Counted from the stretch's first letter, positions 1 through 11,182 are shown. The stretch: 64,000 bases of DNA from Leptospira sp. (GCA_034439575.1 JAWXAQ010000008.1:32001-96000); one strand, 5' to 3'. Notes: generated from the letters alone by a model not told the origin. Numbers and translations are program-made.

Positions 1-1930
1 TTCTATGCATCTAGGACTTGAGGGAGAAGTAAATACGGCGGAAAGAATAGCCGCCTTCTATGAAAAAAGATTTTTGGGTGGAGTCGGTTTGATCGTTACA
101 GGTGGAATCAGTGTGAATGAGGAAGGGAAAGGATCTCGTACTTTCTTTAATATCCAAAACAAAGATCATGCAAATGAATTATTAAAAATGAATCATTTGT
201 TAGCTGGTAAGGGAAACATGTGTGCACAACTTTTTCATGCAGGTAGATATGCAGCAGATAGAAGTTTGGTCGCACCTTCTGCCATTCGAGCACCAATCAG
301 TCGCTATGTTCCTCGGGCTCTATCTGAGGATGAGTGTTGGAAGACAATTGAAGATTTTGGGATTGCGGCAAAAATTGCGAGGGAAATAGGTTTTGCATCT
401 GTCGAGATCATGGGAAGTGAAGGGTATCTGTTGAACCAATTTTTCTCACCTGTCACTAACCATAGAGATGATTATTTTGGCGGTGATGCAAAGCGAAGAA
501 TGAATATGTCCATCGAAGTCCTTCGCTCAGTCATCAAAAATTTACCATCAGGTTTCCCTGTCATTTTTCGTATGTCTGGAATTGATTTAATTCCTGGCAA
601 TGCACCTTTTGAAGATGTTGTCCAACTAGCAAAAACATTACGAGATGAAAATGTATCAGCTTTAAATATTGGGATCGGATGGCATGAATCACGCATTCCG
701 ACAATCAGCCAATTAGTTCCAAGAGGTGCCTGGGCAGGTATCGCAGGTCGGATCAAAGCAAATACTCTTGGTGTTCCCATCATTGCTTCGAATCGGGTGA
801 ATGATCCTATTACCATGCAAAAAATATTCGATAATCACCAAGCAGACATTATATCTATGGCGAGGCCATTTCTTGCCGATCCAGAAATAGTTAATAAATT
901 AACAAATGGAAATGCCCATCGTATCAATACTTGTATAGCTTGTAACCAAGCCTGTCTTGATCATGCTTTCCAAGAAAAATCTGTTTCTTGCATTGTAAAT
1001 CCAGAAGCCGTTAACGAACTTCAGTATCAAAAAACAAAAACAAATTCTCCTAAAAAAATTGTAGTCGTAGGCTCTGGTCCTGCTGGTTTAGAAGCCGCAA
1101 GAGGTTCAGCAAATCTCGGTCATAATGTCATACTTCTGGAACAAGCAAATGTGTTAGGTGGCCAGTTTCAATTGGCCTCACATATCCCTGGCAAATCCGA
1201 ATTTAAAGAAACGATTCGATACTTTACAAATGAACTCACTGCTATTGGCGTGGATATTCGATTGAATGTTAAGGCTACTATCGAACTGTTAGAAGAATTA
1301 AATCCTGATGTTATCATTTTTGCTATTGGTGTGAAACCAAGAAACATTGAATTGAAAGGTATAAAGAATCTTCCATACGGAAGTTATACTGATTATTTAA
1401 ATGGAAAATTTAAACCTGGGCGACGCGTTGCCGTCATTGGTGGAGGTGGAATCGGTGTCGACGTAGCACATAAATTAACAGAAGACGGTGATCCAACCTT
1501 GGATTCGTATAATAAAAAATATAACATTGATTCATTTACAAATGTAGTGATTCAAAATGAAAAAGCTAATAGAGATGTGGCAGTATTTCGTAGAAACGGA
1601 AAACATGGCGCAGGCCTCGGTCCAACTACTTTCTGGGCTCTTAAACAAGAATTGGAATCTGTCGGAGTTCAATTCTTTCATGGTTTAAATTATAAAGAAG
1701 TCACAAAAGAAGGGTTAAAAATAGAATATAAAAATGGCGAAGAGTTTATTTATCCTTGTGACTCTCTGATACTTTGTGTCGGACAAGAAAAAGAAAATGA
1801 TCTCTTTGAAGAATTTAAATTAAAGAATCCCGATAAACGAATGTTTATTGTCGGCGGTGCTAAGGATGCCAATGGTGTTGATGCCAAACGAGCCTTTGCC
1901 GAAGGATTGGATGCGGCATATCAAATTTAA
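1..1930 (+). CDS. fadH: NADPH-dependent 2,4-dienoyl-CoA reductase (5'-truncated by window edge)
   Basis: SMHLGLE, QLFHAGRYA, EIMGSEGYLLNQF, GIGWHESRIPTI, 4Fe-4S motif CIACNQACLDH...SCIVNP and two GxGxxG motifs. FadH homologues have about 25 more residues before SMH, so the true start is upstream of the window. Confidence 0.93.
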   Translation, partial: SMHLGLEGEVNTAERIAAFYEKRFLGGVGLIVTGGISVNEEGKGSRTFFNIQNKDHANELLKMNHLLAGKGNMCAQLFHAGRYAADRSLVAPSAIRAPISRYVPRALSEDECWKTIEDFGIAAKIAREIGFASVEIMGSEGYLLNQFFSPVTNHRDDYFGGDAKRRMNMSIEVLRSVIKNLPSGFPVIFRMSGIDLIPGNAPFEDVVQLAKTLRDENVSALNIGIGWHESRIPTISQLVPRGAWAGIAGRIKANTLGVPIIASNRVNDPITMQKIFDNHQADIISMARPFLADPEIVNKLTNGNAHRINTCIACNQACLDHAFQEKSVSCIVNPEAVNELQYQKTKTNSPKKIVVVGSGPAGLEAARGSANLGHNVILLEQANVLGGQFQLASHIPGKSEFKETIRYFTNELTAIGVDIRLNVKATIELLEELNPDVIIFAIGVKPRNIELKGIKNLPYGSYTDYLNGKFKPGRRVAVIGGGGIGVDVAHKLTEDGDPTLDSYNKKYNIDSFTNVVIQNEKANRDVAVFRRNGKHGAGLGPTTFWALKQELESVGVQFFHGLNYKEVTKEGLKIEYKNGEEFIYPCDSLILCVGQEKENDLFEEFKLKNPDKRMFIVGGAKDANGVDAKRAFAEGLDAAYQI

Positions 1931-1954
1931 GCTGATAATTCTCAAAGGAAACCT

Positions 1955-3700
1955 ATGATCGCTAACAACTATTTCGCAGATGATGAAGATCTGCAGGTAT
2001 TTTTTCAACAATTGATAGATTGGAATCCCATCATTCTTGAAGTCGAGGGGGAAAAATTTATTGATCATCAAAAATATGTACATTCAAAGGATTCAAAATT
2101 TGAAATGGCTCCTTCCAATGAAATAGAAGCTAAGGATTTATATGAATCCAGTCTATTTTCGTTAGGTGAATTTTTTGGCAAAGAAGTTTCACAACATTCT
2201 AAAGCAATGGATGTCAAAGAATTAAAATATGACAAAGGGAAAGTGATCTTTCCGAATGAAACAAAAGACATATATGAAAAATTTATAGCAACCGGTCTTA
2301 TGCCTTATGCAATTTCTAGAGAAGCAGGTGGATTGTCATTTCCAGCCACAATGAGTGCGTTATATGCTATGATTATGGCACGTGCCGATGTTTCTTTTTG
2401 TATGACCATTACGCTTTTGAATCTTGCTCAGATCGTAGCTAGATTTGGAACATCAGAACAAATTAGCAATTTTGCGAGAAAAGCCGCGACGGGTGAGTGT
2501 TTATTTGCTATGGCTTTGACTGAACCGGATTATGGTTCAGACTTAAATAATATCAAAACGGTCGCGATAAAGTCACCTGATGGTAGTTACAGATTAACAG
2601 GCGCAAAACGTTTCATATCCCAAGGTTGTGGTTTAGGAGATCATTCTGCCTTGCTATTGACACTTGCTCGTACAGGAAAATCTGAAGGTGGGGCGAGGGG
2701 TCTATCTGTATTTATCGTAAAAAGCACGGATGTATTTGTAGCAGGCATAGAAAAGAAAATGGGGATTCACGCCTCTCCTACTTGTGAAATTGTTTATGAA
2801 GATACATATGGGGAGATATTGGGCGAAGAGGGAATGGGTTTAACTCGTTATACGGCAGGTATGACAAATTTTATGAGACTTAGTAGTGCCTCTGGTGGAC
2901 CCGGTGGTGGCGCAGGTGTTTATTATGAATGTAAAAAATATGCAAGTGAAAGAATGCAATTTGGAAAACCAATCATTGAAATTCCTGCTGTCGCAGAAAT
3001 GCTTCATAAAATTAAACGAGAAACAAACGCTATGCGACTTATTGCTCTTGAAACAGCACGCGTAATAGATATGTTTCAGCACCATCAAATAAGATTAGAA
3101 AAAGCTGGATTACCTGATCGAGAAATCAGAAAAGATGATAAAATAAAATATTGGTCATCACTGGCAAATACTCTTACACCTATTGCAAAATACTATGGAT
3201 CGGAAGAGGGGCACAAATGTGCTTATTTAGCTGTTCAAATTTTTGGCGGTGCTGGTTATACGGAAGATTACGATGTTTCCAGAATGTTCCGCGATTCTAG
3301 GATCAATACAATTTATGAAGGAACCAGTCAAATTCATGTACGAATTGCAACTGGTGGCATTATCGCTGGTATGGCAGGCGAAGGAAATTTCAAAAAGTAT
3401 TTAATAGACTTAAACAGTGATATTTTGAATCCTTCAAAATATTTATTAGAACAATACAAGTTGTTAGAAGAATCAATTGAAACATTACGTTCTTTGAATG
3501 ATGAAAATAAAAAAGAAAAATTATCAGAAAGTTTAATGATACAAATGGGACGATATTTATGTAGTCTGTTATACGAAAGATCATTATTTAAGTTAAAAGA
3601 AAATGAAGTATTGAATCGATGGACTGACGATTGTTTGGCTTATGTTATAGATAGCACTTCCATTTCTTTGGCATGTCACTATAAAATTCAAAATTTATAA
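1955..3700 (+). CDS. acyl-CoA dehydrogenase family protein
   Basis: AMALTEPDYGSD, GAKRFIS, KKMGIHASPTCE, ERMQFGKPI, QIFGGAGY...RDSRINTIYEGTSQI motifs; directly downstream of fadH. Confidence 0.92.
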   Translation: MIANNYFADDEDLQVFFQQLIDWNPIILEVEGEKFIDHQKYVHSKDSKFEMAPSNEIEAKDLYESSLFSLGEFFGKEVSQHSKAMDVKELKYDKGKVIFPNETKDIYEKFIATGLMPYAISREAGGLSFPATMSALYAMIMARADVSFCMTITLLNLAQIVARFGTSEQISNFARKAATGECLFAMALTEPDYGSDLNNIKTVAIKSPDGSYRLTGAKRFISQGCGLGDHSALLLTLARTGKSEGGARGLSVFIVKSTDVFVAGIEKKMGIHASPTCEIVYEDTYGEILGEEGMGLTRYTAGMTNFMRLSSASGGPGGGAGVYYECKKYASERMQFGKPIIEIPAVAEMLHKIKRETNAMRLIALETARVIDMFQHHQIRLEKAGLPDREIRKDDKIKYWSSLANTLTPIAKYYGSEEGHKCAYLAVQIFGGAGYTEDYDVSRMFRDSRINTIYEGTSQIHVRIATGGIIAGMAGEGNFKKYLIDLNSDILNPSKYLLEQYKLLEESIETLRSLNDENKKEKLSESLMIQMGRYLCSLLYERSLFKLKENEVLNRWTDDCLAYVIDSTSISLACHYKIQNL

Positions 3701-3758
3701 TTTTACTTTACAGGAATTAACTTTCACCAATTATCTTTTCAATTATTGAGGTAGTAAA

Positions 3759-4406
3759 TTGCATCAAATAAAAGGAATTATCTTTGATATGGACGGTGTG
3801 ATCGTTGATAATCACAAATACCATTTTCGTGCATGGATGGAATTTGCGACTAAATACCATTTTATATTAAATGAAGAAATTTATAGAACGAAGTTCAATG
3901 GAAAAACAAATGCGGATCTTTTTAGAATGATTTTTGGTGAGATAACTAATGAAAAGATTTTCTCATACGCAAAAGAGAAAGAATTAAACTATCAAAACAT
4001 TTATAAATCTGAAATTAAACCACATACAGGACTTTTGGAATTTTTAGAAGAACTAAAGATAAAAAAATATAAGTTGGCCCTTGGAACTTCTGCACCGAAG
4101 ATGAATGTAGATTTTACCTTGAATTCATTGGGGATTCGCGATTATTTTGATGTAATCGTCGATGGATCCGAGGTAAAAAAAGGTAAACCTGATCCTGAAG
4201 TTTATATAAAATGTTCTGCTTTTTTGGGACTGCAACCGAATCAGTGTGTGGTTTTCGAAGATTCTTTGGCAGGTTTAATTTCAGGAAAAAATGCGGGCTG
4301 TCATATTATTGGTGTCGCTACATCGCATAACAAAGAAGAACTTATGTCAATTGTAGAAGATATTATCGTAGACTTTACAGAAATTAGAAAATTTATTACA
4401 ATTTGA
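3759..4406 (+). CDS. HAD-family phosphatase (beta-phosphoglucomutase-like)
   Basis: FDMDGVIVD motif I, GKPDPEVY, VFEDS..G; TTG start after GAGG. Confidence 0.9.
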   Translation: MHQIKGIIFDMDGVIVDNHKYHFRAWMEFATKYHFILNEEIYRTKFNGKTNADLFRMIFGEITNEKIFSYAKEKELNYQNIYKSEIKPHTGLLEFLEELKIKKYKLALGTSAPKMNVDFTLNSLGIRDYFDVIVDGSEVKKGKPDPEVYIKCSAFLGLQPNQCVVFEDSLAGLISGKNAGCHIIGVATSHNKEELMSIVEDIIVDFTEIRKFITI

Positions 4407-4492
4407 AAATTATAAAAAAATACTATTAAAAGTTAATATTAAAAAAGAATATAGATAATGTCCGAAGGACAATATCTATAGAGAGGATATAA

Positions 4493-5494
4493 ATGGTAAG
4501 CGGAAAAGATAAATTTGAATTCCAACTTGGAAAGTTAGACATTATATTAGGTGATGCTTCTTTAGAAATTAATCCAGAAGAATATCTTTATAGAAATGAT
4601 GGACGTACCCCTTTGTTTATGTTGCAAGGACTTTGCCGCTTGTATGGTGAAATCTATAACAAAAATAAATTTGAAAAATTAAAAGATCTATTCAAATTAT
4701 TTGAAGATCATCTTGGTGCTATTGATTATTACGAATATTATTCTAAATCATTTTCAGAAAATACAAAGGTTCCACAATCCATCAAGGATTATATGAACCA
4801 TCAGCTGGCATTGAAGTTAGAAGCCTTAAAACAGAATTTATATTCTCATGGATGGCTTGAAAAAAAAGGAAATCGATTTAAAGAAATTAAGAAAATTCTG
4901 AATGAAATAGATTGGTCGAGTGAAAAAAAAGAAATCAATGCTATCCAAGAATATTATATTAAAGAGATTGAAGCGATTAAAAAGTTTATTTCAAAATATG
5001 GAAAACCATTTACTGAAGTTGAAAATCATGTGCATGAATTACGAAGGGATGTACGATGGTTAAGTATCTACCCTCATGCCTTACTAGGCCAGATTCAATA
5101 TGCAAATAGAACAGGGAGTGGAAGCACACTCATAAAGTATCTTACCGAAGATGTAATCAATTCAAAATACAATAAATTCCCCGAGGTTGGTAATCATAAA
5201 CGAGTTCTTTTACTTGATATTCATCATTTTTTTGCACTGAGTTGGGTGATTGCAGAAATTGGAAAATTAAAGGATGAAGGTCTCGAATATTTTGCCTTAC
5301 TTGATGCCTTTCACCATTCAGAAATTATACCAGAAAATCAAGCCGCAATGAAAGCAATCGAGGTCTTGGGTTGGAATGATCGAAAAATTTCCGAATTGTT
5401 ATTATCAGCAACAGAATTAGCCAAACAGTCTATAAGCGATGGCATATTCGATGGTTTGGTATTTGGCACTGCAAAAGTATATCAAGAAAATTGA
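4493..5494 (+). CDS. hypothetical helical protein with CHAD-like motifs
   Basis: LKDLFKLFEDHLGAIDY, VHELRRDVRWLSIY and IGKLKD resemble the two-fold repeated CHAD signature; SD GAGGA. Confidence 0.55.
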   Translation: MVSGKDKFEFQLGKLDIILGDASLEINPEEYLYRNDGRTPLFMLQGLCRLYGEIYNKNKFEKLKDLFKLFEDHLGAIDYYEYYSKSFSENTKVPQSIKDYMNHQLALKLEALKQNLYSHGWLEKKGNRFKEIKKILNEIDWSSEKKEINAIQEYYIKEIEAIKKFISKYGKPFTEVENHVHELRRDVRWLSIYPHALLGQIQYANRTGSGSTLIKYLTEDVINSKYNKFPEVGNHKRVLLLDIHHFFALSWVIAEIGKLKDEGLEYFALLDAFHHSEIIPENQAAMKAIEVLGWNDRKISELLLSATELAKQSISDGIFDGLVFGTAKVYQEN

Positions 5495-5639
5495 AAAAAA
5501 TTAATTCCTACGAAGTGGAAGTAAACGCACTGAAAATGAACTAAACTTTCTATAACACTTGACATGGGACCAATTTTCCATTCAAATTTGTGATTCAATA
5601 ACTATTCAATTTGAAAAATAATTTCCTGGAGGCGCCTGT

Positions 5640-6041
5640 ATGATAAGTGAAAACCAGAAGAGTGCCATTGTATGCGTTGATGATGAACCTATTATTTTGT
5701 TATCTCTCGTGCGAGAATTGAAGCGCGAAATCGGCTCTGAATATTCATTTGAAACTGCTTCAAATCCGAGTGAAGCCATGGAGGTTATCGATTACCTTTG
5801 CCAAACACAAATCGAAGTTATATTAATCGTATCTGATTGGTTGATGCCAGGAATGAATGGTGACGAATTCCTTCGCGAAGTTCACAAGAAGTACCCGCAT
5901 ATAAAATCGATAATGATTTCAGGCCATGCGGATTTAAAAGAAATGGAAAAATTGAAAACAGAAGCAAATACAGTAGCTATTTTTTCAAAGCCATGGGATG
6001 CCGATGAACTTTTGTCAGCTGTTCGCAATTGTTGTTCATAG
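5640..6041 (+). CDS. single-domain response regulator receiver
   Basis: CVDDE, VSDWLMPGMNG, MISG, FSKPW; SD GGAGG. Confidence 0.92.
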   Translation: MISENQKSAIVCVDDEPIILLSLVRELKREIGSEYSFETASNPSEAMEVIDYLCQTQIEVILIVSDWLMPGMNGDEFLREVHKKYPHIKSIMISGHADLKEMEKLKTEANTVAIFSKPWDADELLSAVRNCCS

Positions 6042-6066
6042 ATTAATTTTTTAAGAACCAAAGACA

Positions 6067-7716
6067 ATGGAATCTATTGAAAGCCAACTTCAAGTAGCAA
6101 GAATCCAGCAAAAGGTAGTTGCTATGGTTTCTTCACATCCTGCCATTCTATCAGGTGACATTAAATCATTAGCACAATTCATTACTAAAACTGTAGCACA
6201 GTTGTTAAATATCGAACGCGTAGGTGTATGGATTTTTAATGATAACAAAGATGAACTTATTAATATAGATATTTATTTTCTTAGTACTCAAACACACACA
6301 GAAGGAGCGATTCTTCGGGAACATGAATTTCGTGAAGAATTTCATTATTTAGTCACTGAAAAATATGTAGATGCTAATGATCCATACCATGACCCTAGAA
6401 CTAAAGGTTTTATTGAAGGTTATTTAAAACCAAATGGCATTACTTCTATGTTAGACGGTGTGATTCGGATGGGTGAAGAACTCATTGGCACACTTTGTTT
6501 TGAGCATGTGGGAGTCAAGCATACTTGGGAAGAAGATGAAATTATTTTCTGTAGCCAGTTGGGTGATCAAATCTCATTAGCTATTAGTAATAAAAAAAAG
6601 AATTTGGTCACGGAAGCCTTGCTCGCAAGCGAAGCAAAATTAAAACATTTGAATGAGTCCTTGGAATCCATCGTTCAAGAAAGGACATCAAATTTAGAAA
6701 AATCGCATGAGGCTTTAGAAGTTACGATTTCGGACTTAAAAAAAGCCCAAGCTCAACTCGTATTATCCGAAAAGATGGCATCTCTCGGTCAGCTTATATC
6801 TGGAATCGCTCATGAAATTAATAATCCTATCGCCGCGATCCAGGCATCCAACCAAAACTTAAAACAAACCTTAAATTTTTCAGCAGGCGGAAGATTTCAT
6901 ATTGATTTACCTCTTTTTTTAAAAAATGAAGAATTAATCAAACTTGCCAGCCACTTCCTAATGCAAGTTAAAGCAAGGCGCATTTCTTATACAGGCCGTG
7001 AAAGAATTGAACAACGTAAAAAAATTCAAACTTGGATAGATTCAAAAAAATGTTATTTGATTCGACCTGATGATCTCATCGATTGTGGTATTGATTTCCA
7101 ATTACTTAGTGAGTATGAAGATCTTTTTGTAAATAATAATGATGAATTATTACGATTGTTAACCGAAGAAATTTGTGTCTCTCAATGTATTTCGATCATC
7201 GAACTAGCCGTTGAACGTGCTTCCAAAATGACATTTGCTTTAAAAAATTTTACCAGATTTGATGAAGCCAGTGAAAACAAAATGATTGATGTGATAGAAA
7301 ATATAGAAACGGTTATCACTATATATCAAGGTCAATTTAAAAAGAATGTAACTTTAGTTAGAGAATTTGAACCACTACCTTGGGTTCCTGGTTTTCCAGA
7401 AGAGTTATTGCACTTATGGACAAATTTGATCTATAACGGATTGCAGGCGATGAAGTTTAACGGAGAGATGATCATCCGTACAGAAAAAGATAATGGATTT
7501 GTAAAAATTACCATTGAAGATACAGGTTCTGGAATTCCCAGTGAACTTAAAGATAGAATCTTTGAACCCTTTTTTACAACAAAACCATTAGGGGAAGGAA
7601 GTGGATTGGGATTGGATATTTGTAAAAAAATAGTCGATAGACATCAAGGCAAAATTTATTTTAATTCGATTCCAGGAAAAACAAAGTTTATTGTGGAACT
7701 ACCTTGCTCTCGTTAA
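6067..7716 (+). CDS. GAF-domain sensor histidine kinase
   Basis: N-terminal GAF-like region; H-box SGIAHEINNP; WTNLIYNG; DTGSGI; FEPFFTTKPLGEGSGLGLD. Confidence 0.92.
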   Translation: MESIESQLQVARIQQKVVAMVSSHPAILSGDIKSLAQFITKTVAQLLNIERVGVWIFNDNKDELINIDIYFLSTQTHTEGAILREHEFREEFHYLVTEKYVDANDPYHDPRTKGFIEGYLKPNGITSMLDGVIRMGEELIGTLCFEHVGVKHTWEEDEIIFCSQLGDQISLAISNKKKNLVTEALLASEAKLKHLNESLESIVQERTSNLEKSHEALEVTISDLKKAQAQLVLSEKMASLGQLISGIAHEINNPIAAIQASNQNLKQTLNFSAGGRFHIDLPLFLKNEELIKLASHFLMQVKARRISYTGRERIEQRKKIQTWIDSKKCYLIRPDDLIDCGIDFQLLSEYEDLFVNNNDELLRLLTEEICVSQCISIIELAVERASKMTFALKNFTRFDEASENKMIDVIENIETVITIYQGQFKKNVTLVREFEPLPWVPGFPEELLHLWTNLIYNGLQAMKFNGEMIIRTEKDNGFVKITIEDTGSGIPSELKDRIFEPFFTTKPLGEGSGLGLDICKKIVDRHQGKIYFNSIPGKTKFIVELPCSR

Positions 7717-7895
7717 AGTATAGAAAATAATTTACAAAAATTTATATGATTTCAAAAAGGTAAAAGGTAACAAAAGTAAAATACTCCCATGAGCCTGTAA
7801 AACCTTCCACAGATTCGGATAATCAGAATATAACATATCCTAGGTTATCCTTCCTCTCAATTTAGCGAATTTTAAAAAACATTATAGGTTTATAT

Positions 7896-9275
7896 ATGAA
7901 AAATTTACGAAAAACCGTAACATCGGTCTCCGTAGGTATTAAAGAATTATTTCCGATTGCTCTTCCGATTTTTTTTTCACAGGCGATTGATGTGGTTATG
8001 GTATTTACGGATCGATTTTTTTTATCTCGATTAAGTAAAGAAGACTTGGCGGCTACATTAAGTGGAGGATTGATATTATATCTTTTTTCTACTTTTATAC
8101 TGGGAACCTTGGGGCAAATTACAGCCTTAGTTGGTCAATACCGAGGTGCAGGATTAGTCAAAGATTCGATTCGTACTGTGCATCAAGGAATCTTTCTAAC
8201 ATTAAGTGTCGGTAGCATTCTTGTTTTACTTAGTTATGTTTTTGCTCCTTCCCTCTTTCGATTTTTTGGACATGAATCTTTACTTTTACAAAAAGAAATA
8301 GAATACTATTCTGTACTTGCTTTCTCCATTCTTTTAGTTTCGATTCGTACTAGTTTTTCTAGTTTTTTTATTGGGATAGAACGTTCAAAGATCGTCACAT
8401 ATGCTTCGTTAGGAGCTGTTTTGATGAATATTCCTTTAAGTTATATCCTAATTTTTGGTAAATTAGGTTTTCCTGCTATGGGGATCGCAGGCGCGGCTAT
8501 CGGAACAGTGATATCAGGATTTATTCCTATATTGATATTTGTTTTAAAGTTTTATTCAAAAGAATTTCAAAAAATTTATCATACGAATCTCTTTCCTGAA
8601 ATCAACTTTTCAATTATGGGAAAACTTCTGCGTTATGGACTTCCCGCTGGAATGGAAATGATGATCAATGTTGCTGGCTTTATGTTTTTTACAATGATCA
8701 TGTATTCCTATTCAAGTGATGTGGCAGCAGCGACAACAATAGTTTTAAATTGGGATATGGTATGTTTTATCCCACTTCTTGGGATTGGACAAGCAGTATC
8801 AGGTCAGATAGGAAAGTATCTGGGGGAAAAAAATAAAGCTTATGCCCTTCGTTCAGCGTATGCCGCATTAACATTTGGATGGATATATGCTATATTCATC
8901 ACGATTATCTATTTTTCTCAAAACTACTATTTGGTTACGATCTTCTCGCCCGAGTTAGATGGCCAATCATTTGCGAATGTTTATCATTATGCAACTACTA
9001 TGTTGCGAATTTCATGCCTTTATTTTTTGTTCGATTCAACCTATTCCATATTAGGTGGAATTCTTAAAGGATCAGGAGATACTCTTTGGACTATGATAAC
9101 GTCCAATCTTATGATGTGGTCATGTGCATCTATCGTTTATATTGCAAAAAATAAATATGAATTTGGACCTTTCATGAGTTGGTGGATTTTAACCGGAATG
9201 GTAATGTCACTCGGTCTCTTATATTCTTGGCGATTCTGGAATAAAAAATGGTTGGAAAGATTGATGATCGCTTGA
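7896..9275 (+). CDS. MATE family efflux transporter
   Basis: About 12 hydrophobic segments; LVGQYRGAG, LIFGKLGFPAMGIAGAAIGT, LKGSGDT. Confidence 0.92.
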   Translation: MKNLRKTVTSVSVGIKELFPIALPIFFSQAIDVVMVFTDRFFLSRLSKEDLAATLSGGLILYLFSTFILGTLGQITALVGQYRGAGLVKDSIRTVHQGIFLTLSVGSILVLLSYVFAPSLFRFFGHESLLLQKEIEYYSVLAFSILLVSIRTSFSSFFIGIERSKIVTYASLGAVLMNIPLSYILIFGKLGFPAMGIAGAAIGTVISGFIPILIFVLKFYSKEFQKIYHTNLFPEINFSIMGKLLRYGLPAGMEMMINVAGFMFFTMIMYSYSSDVAAATTIVLNWDMVCFIPLLGIGQAVSGQIGKYLGEKNKAYALRSAYAALTFGWIYAIFITIIYFSQNYYLVTIFSPELDGQSFANVYHYATTMLRISCLYFLFDSTYSILGGILKGSGDTLWTMITSNLMMWSCASIVYIAKNKYEFGPFMSWWILTGMVMSLGLLYSWRFWNKKWLERLMIA

Positions 9276-9296
9276 AGAAGCGATCATCTTTTCCAA
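9252..9296. terminator. hairpin between convergent genes, overlapping the MATE stop codon
   Basis: Perfect 11-bp stem GATGATCGCTT-gaag-AAGCGATCATC (9263-9288), extended by TTGGAAA/TTTCCAA. Confidence 0.7.
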
Positions 9297-9304
9297 ATAA
9301 TAAA

Positions 9305-10216
9305 TTACTTTCTTTTGAAAATAGTAACACCAAATTTTTTTAAGATAAAGTTTGATCCATAAAGAATTCCAGATCCCAAAAGCAAAAATGGTATTATCCA
9401 TATCAAATAATATGTTAATTCTAAAAACATATTAAACAATCCTATGAATGCATTTTTGTAAACAGGGACTTGAATTTGATCTGGTGGAATTGGTGTTGAA
9501 AATTGGATTTGGATTGTCGCCCATTTGATTCTATCTTGTATTTTCCAAGTTTCATGCTCAGCCAAATCCATTTGGTCTTCACTTTTAGTAAGTGATTCGT
9601 CAATGGCAGACCAATTTTTAGAACTTGCGTCGATTTGATTGTTCGCTTTGTTCTTTCTACCCAAACGAATTTTTTCACGATTGATTTTGCGTTTTTGCCA
9701 TACCATACCTTCTGTATGATCGATAGTTGTAATGTCTTCCGATTGTATAACTCCCAATTTATCTAAGTCTAATAATGCTTCGTATAACTTAGATGAATCG
9801 ACAAAGATTGTGGCGGACATATATGGTGATCGTGAATTGACAGCTGAACTATTTGCCAAATAGCCATATTTTGATATAAATTGGATCAATTCTTTTCTTG
9901 TTTTTATTATATCTGAAGATTCGTAGTTTAGTATAACTCGAAATTCTAATAAACGTTCAGTTGAATTGATAGTTGGGTTAAAAACCTTGCCCAAGTTATT
10001 TTCAGGCTTATCTTGTGTCAGAATGTCTTTTTTTTCCGCTCTTAATTCGGATTCATCTGCCTCATTTTGAACCATTTCTTCTGCCATTTTCGCAGATGGT
10101 GACATCTCTCTCGAAAGAGTCGCTGTTTCTGCAGGCGATTCACTTTGACTTTCACTTTTGCCACAAGTGATGAACAAAATGAAAAATAAGTAACTGACGA
10201 TAAAAGACTTTTTCAA
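9305..10216 (-). CDS. DUF4349-like lipoprotein with C-terminal TM segment
   Basis: Lipobox FITC, low-complexity linker, coiled coil, RIKWATIQIQF followed by a hydrophobic C-terminal helix. Confidence 0.7.
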   Translation of the reverse strand: MKKSFIVSYLFFILFITCGKSESQSESPAETATLSREMSPSAKMAEEMVQNEADESELRAEKKDILTQDKPENNLGKVFNPTINSTERLLEFRVILNYESSDIIKTRKELIQFISKYGYLANSSAVNSRSPYMSATIFVDSSKLYEALLDLDKLGVIQSEDITTIDHTEGMVWQKRKINREKIRLGRKNKANNQIDASSKNWSAIDESLTKSEDQMDLAEHETWKIQDRIKWATIQIQFSTPIPPDQIQVPVYKNAFIGLFNMFLELTYYLIWIIPFLLLGSGILYGSNFILKKFGVTIFKRK

Positions 10217-10293
10217 AATAAAACTCTCCGTAATGCTTTCCTTCTCTTACTAACAAGTAGTGAATCTGTAATTATCTTATATTTGTAAAAAAA

Positions 10294-11076
10294 TTAAATT
10301 CGAGAAAGGGCAACAGCCAAAGCATGTGAAACATTCAGTGAATCTACATTATTTTTCATCGGTATATAAAGTATAGAATCAGCTATTTCTAAGATTGGTT
10401 TTTGTATGCCTTCACTTTCATTCCCAACAACCAAAACGAATTTATCATTAAATTGAAAATCATTTAAATTGATAAGTTTATGACCAAATGTTTGTTTGTC
10501 TTTTGGTAAACTAAGGCTTATGACCTTGCCTCCCTTGCTTTGAAAATGGAGCAGGTATTCTTTTATATCATTCACTTTTGCAATTTTTGTAAAAAAAATA
10601 TTTCCCATAGAAACGCGTATGCTTCTTCTTAAATAAGGTGAGGCCGATCTATGATCAAAAACGAGAGAATTGATTCCGAAGGCGGCCGCAGTTCTAATCA
10701 TTGAACCAATATTTTCGCTATCTGCGATGGTATCGAATAATATTTGTTTTGTGCCCAATTCGTCTACATCCGTCCATTTCGGTAAACCAACAGCCATAAA
10801 TCCTTGGTGAACCGAAAATCCAATCGTCTTTTCGAAAATTTCCTTTTCAGCCAATAAACATTGATTTGGCGAGGTAAGCCGATGATTTAATAATTTTTTA
10901 TGTTTCTCGTAATATTTAGGAAGGCAAAAAACGGATTGTATTGTAATTTCAGAATCTAATAATCGCAAAACGGTTTTTTCATTGTCAGCGATAAATGTAT
11001 CATCACTCTCTTCTTTTGATTTTAGTAAGGAATAATGTTTAAGTCTCGGGTCAGTAGGGGAATCGATAAATATCAA
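10294..11076 (-). CDS. TrmH/SpoU family RNA 2'-O-methyltransferase
   Basis: SENIGSMIRTAAAFG, VVGNESEG, IPMKNNVDSLNVSHA SPOUT motifs. Confidence 0.9.
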   Translation of the reverse strand: MIFIDSPTDPRLKHYSLLKSKEESDDTFIADNEKTVLRLLDSEITIQSVFCLPKYYEKHKKLLNHRLTSPNQCLLAEKEIFEKTIGFSVHQGFMAVGLPKWTDVDELGTKQILFDTIADSENIGSMIRTAAAFGINSLVFDHRSASPYLRRSIRVSMGNIFFTKIAKVNDIKEYLLHFQSKGGKVISLSLPKDKQTFGHKLINLNDFQFNDKFVLVVGNESEGIQKPILEIADSILYIPMKNNVDSLNVSHALAVALSRI

Positions 11077-11182
11077 AGTAATATTTGAAGATTAAAAAAT
11101 TAACTTAATTTAAATATGAAAATTTATTTCGAAAAAAGACTAATGCCACTTTAGGAGAAGGTGAAAAATGCACCCTGAAGGA

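Noticed and set aside
7717-7895. MATE leader with AAAAGGTAA-like repeats as a riboswitch or attenuator
   Set aside because: No recognisable aptamer consensus or stable structure; the repeats are short and A-rich.
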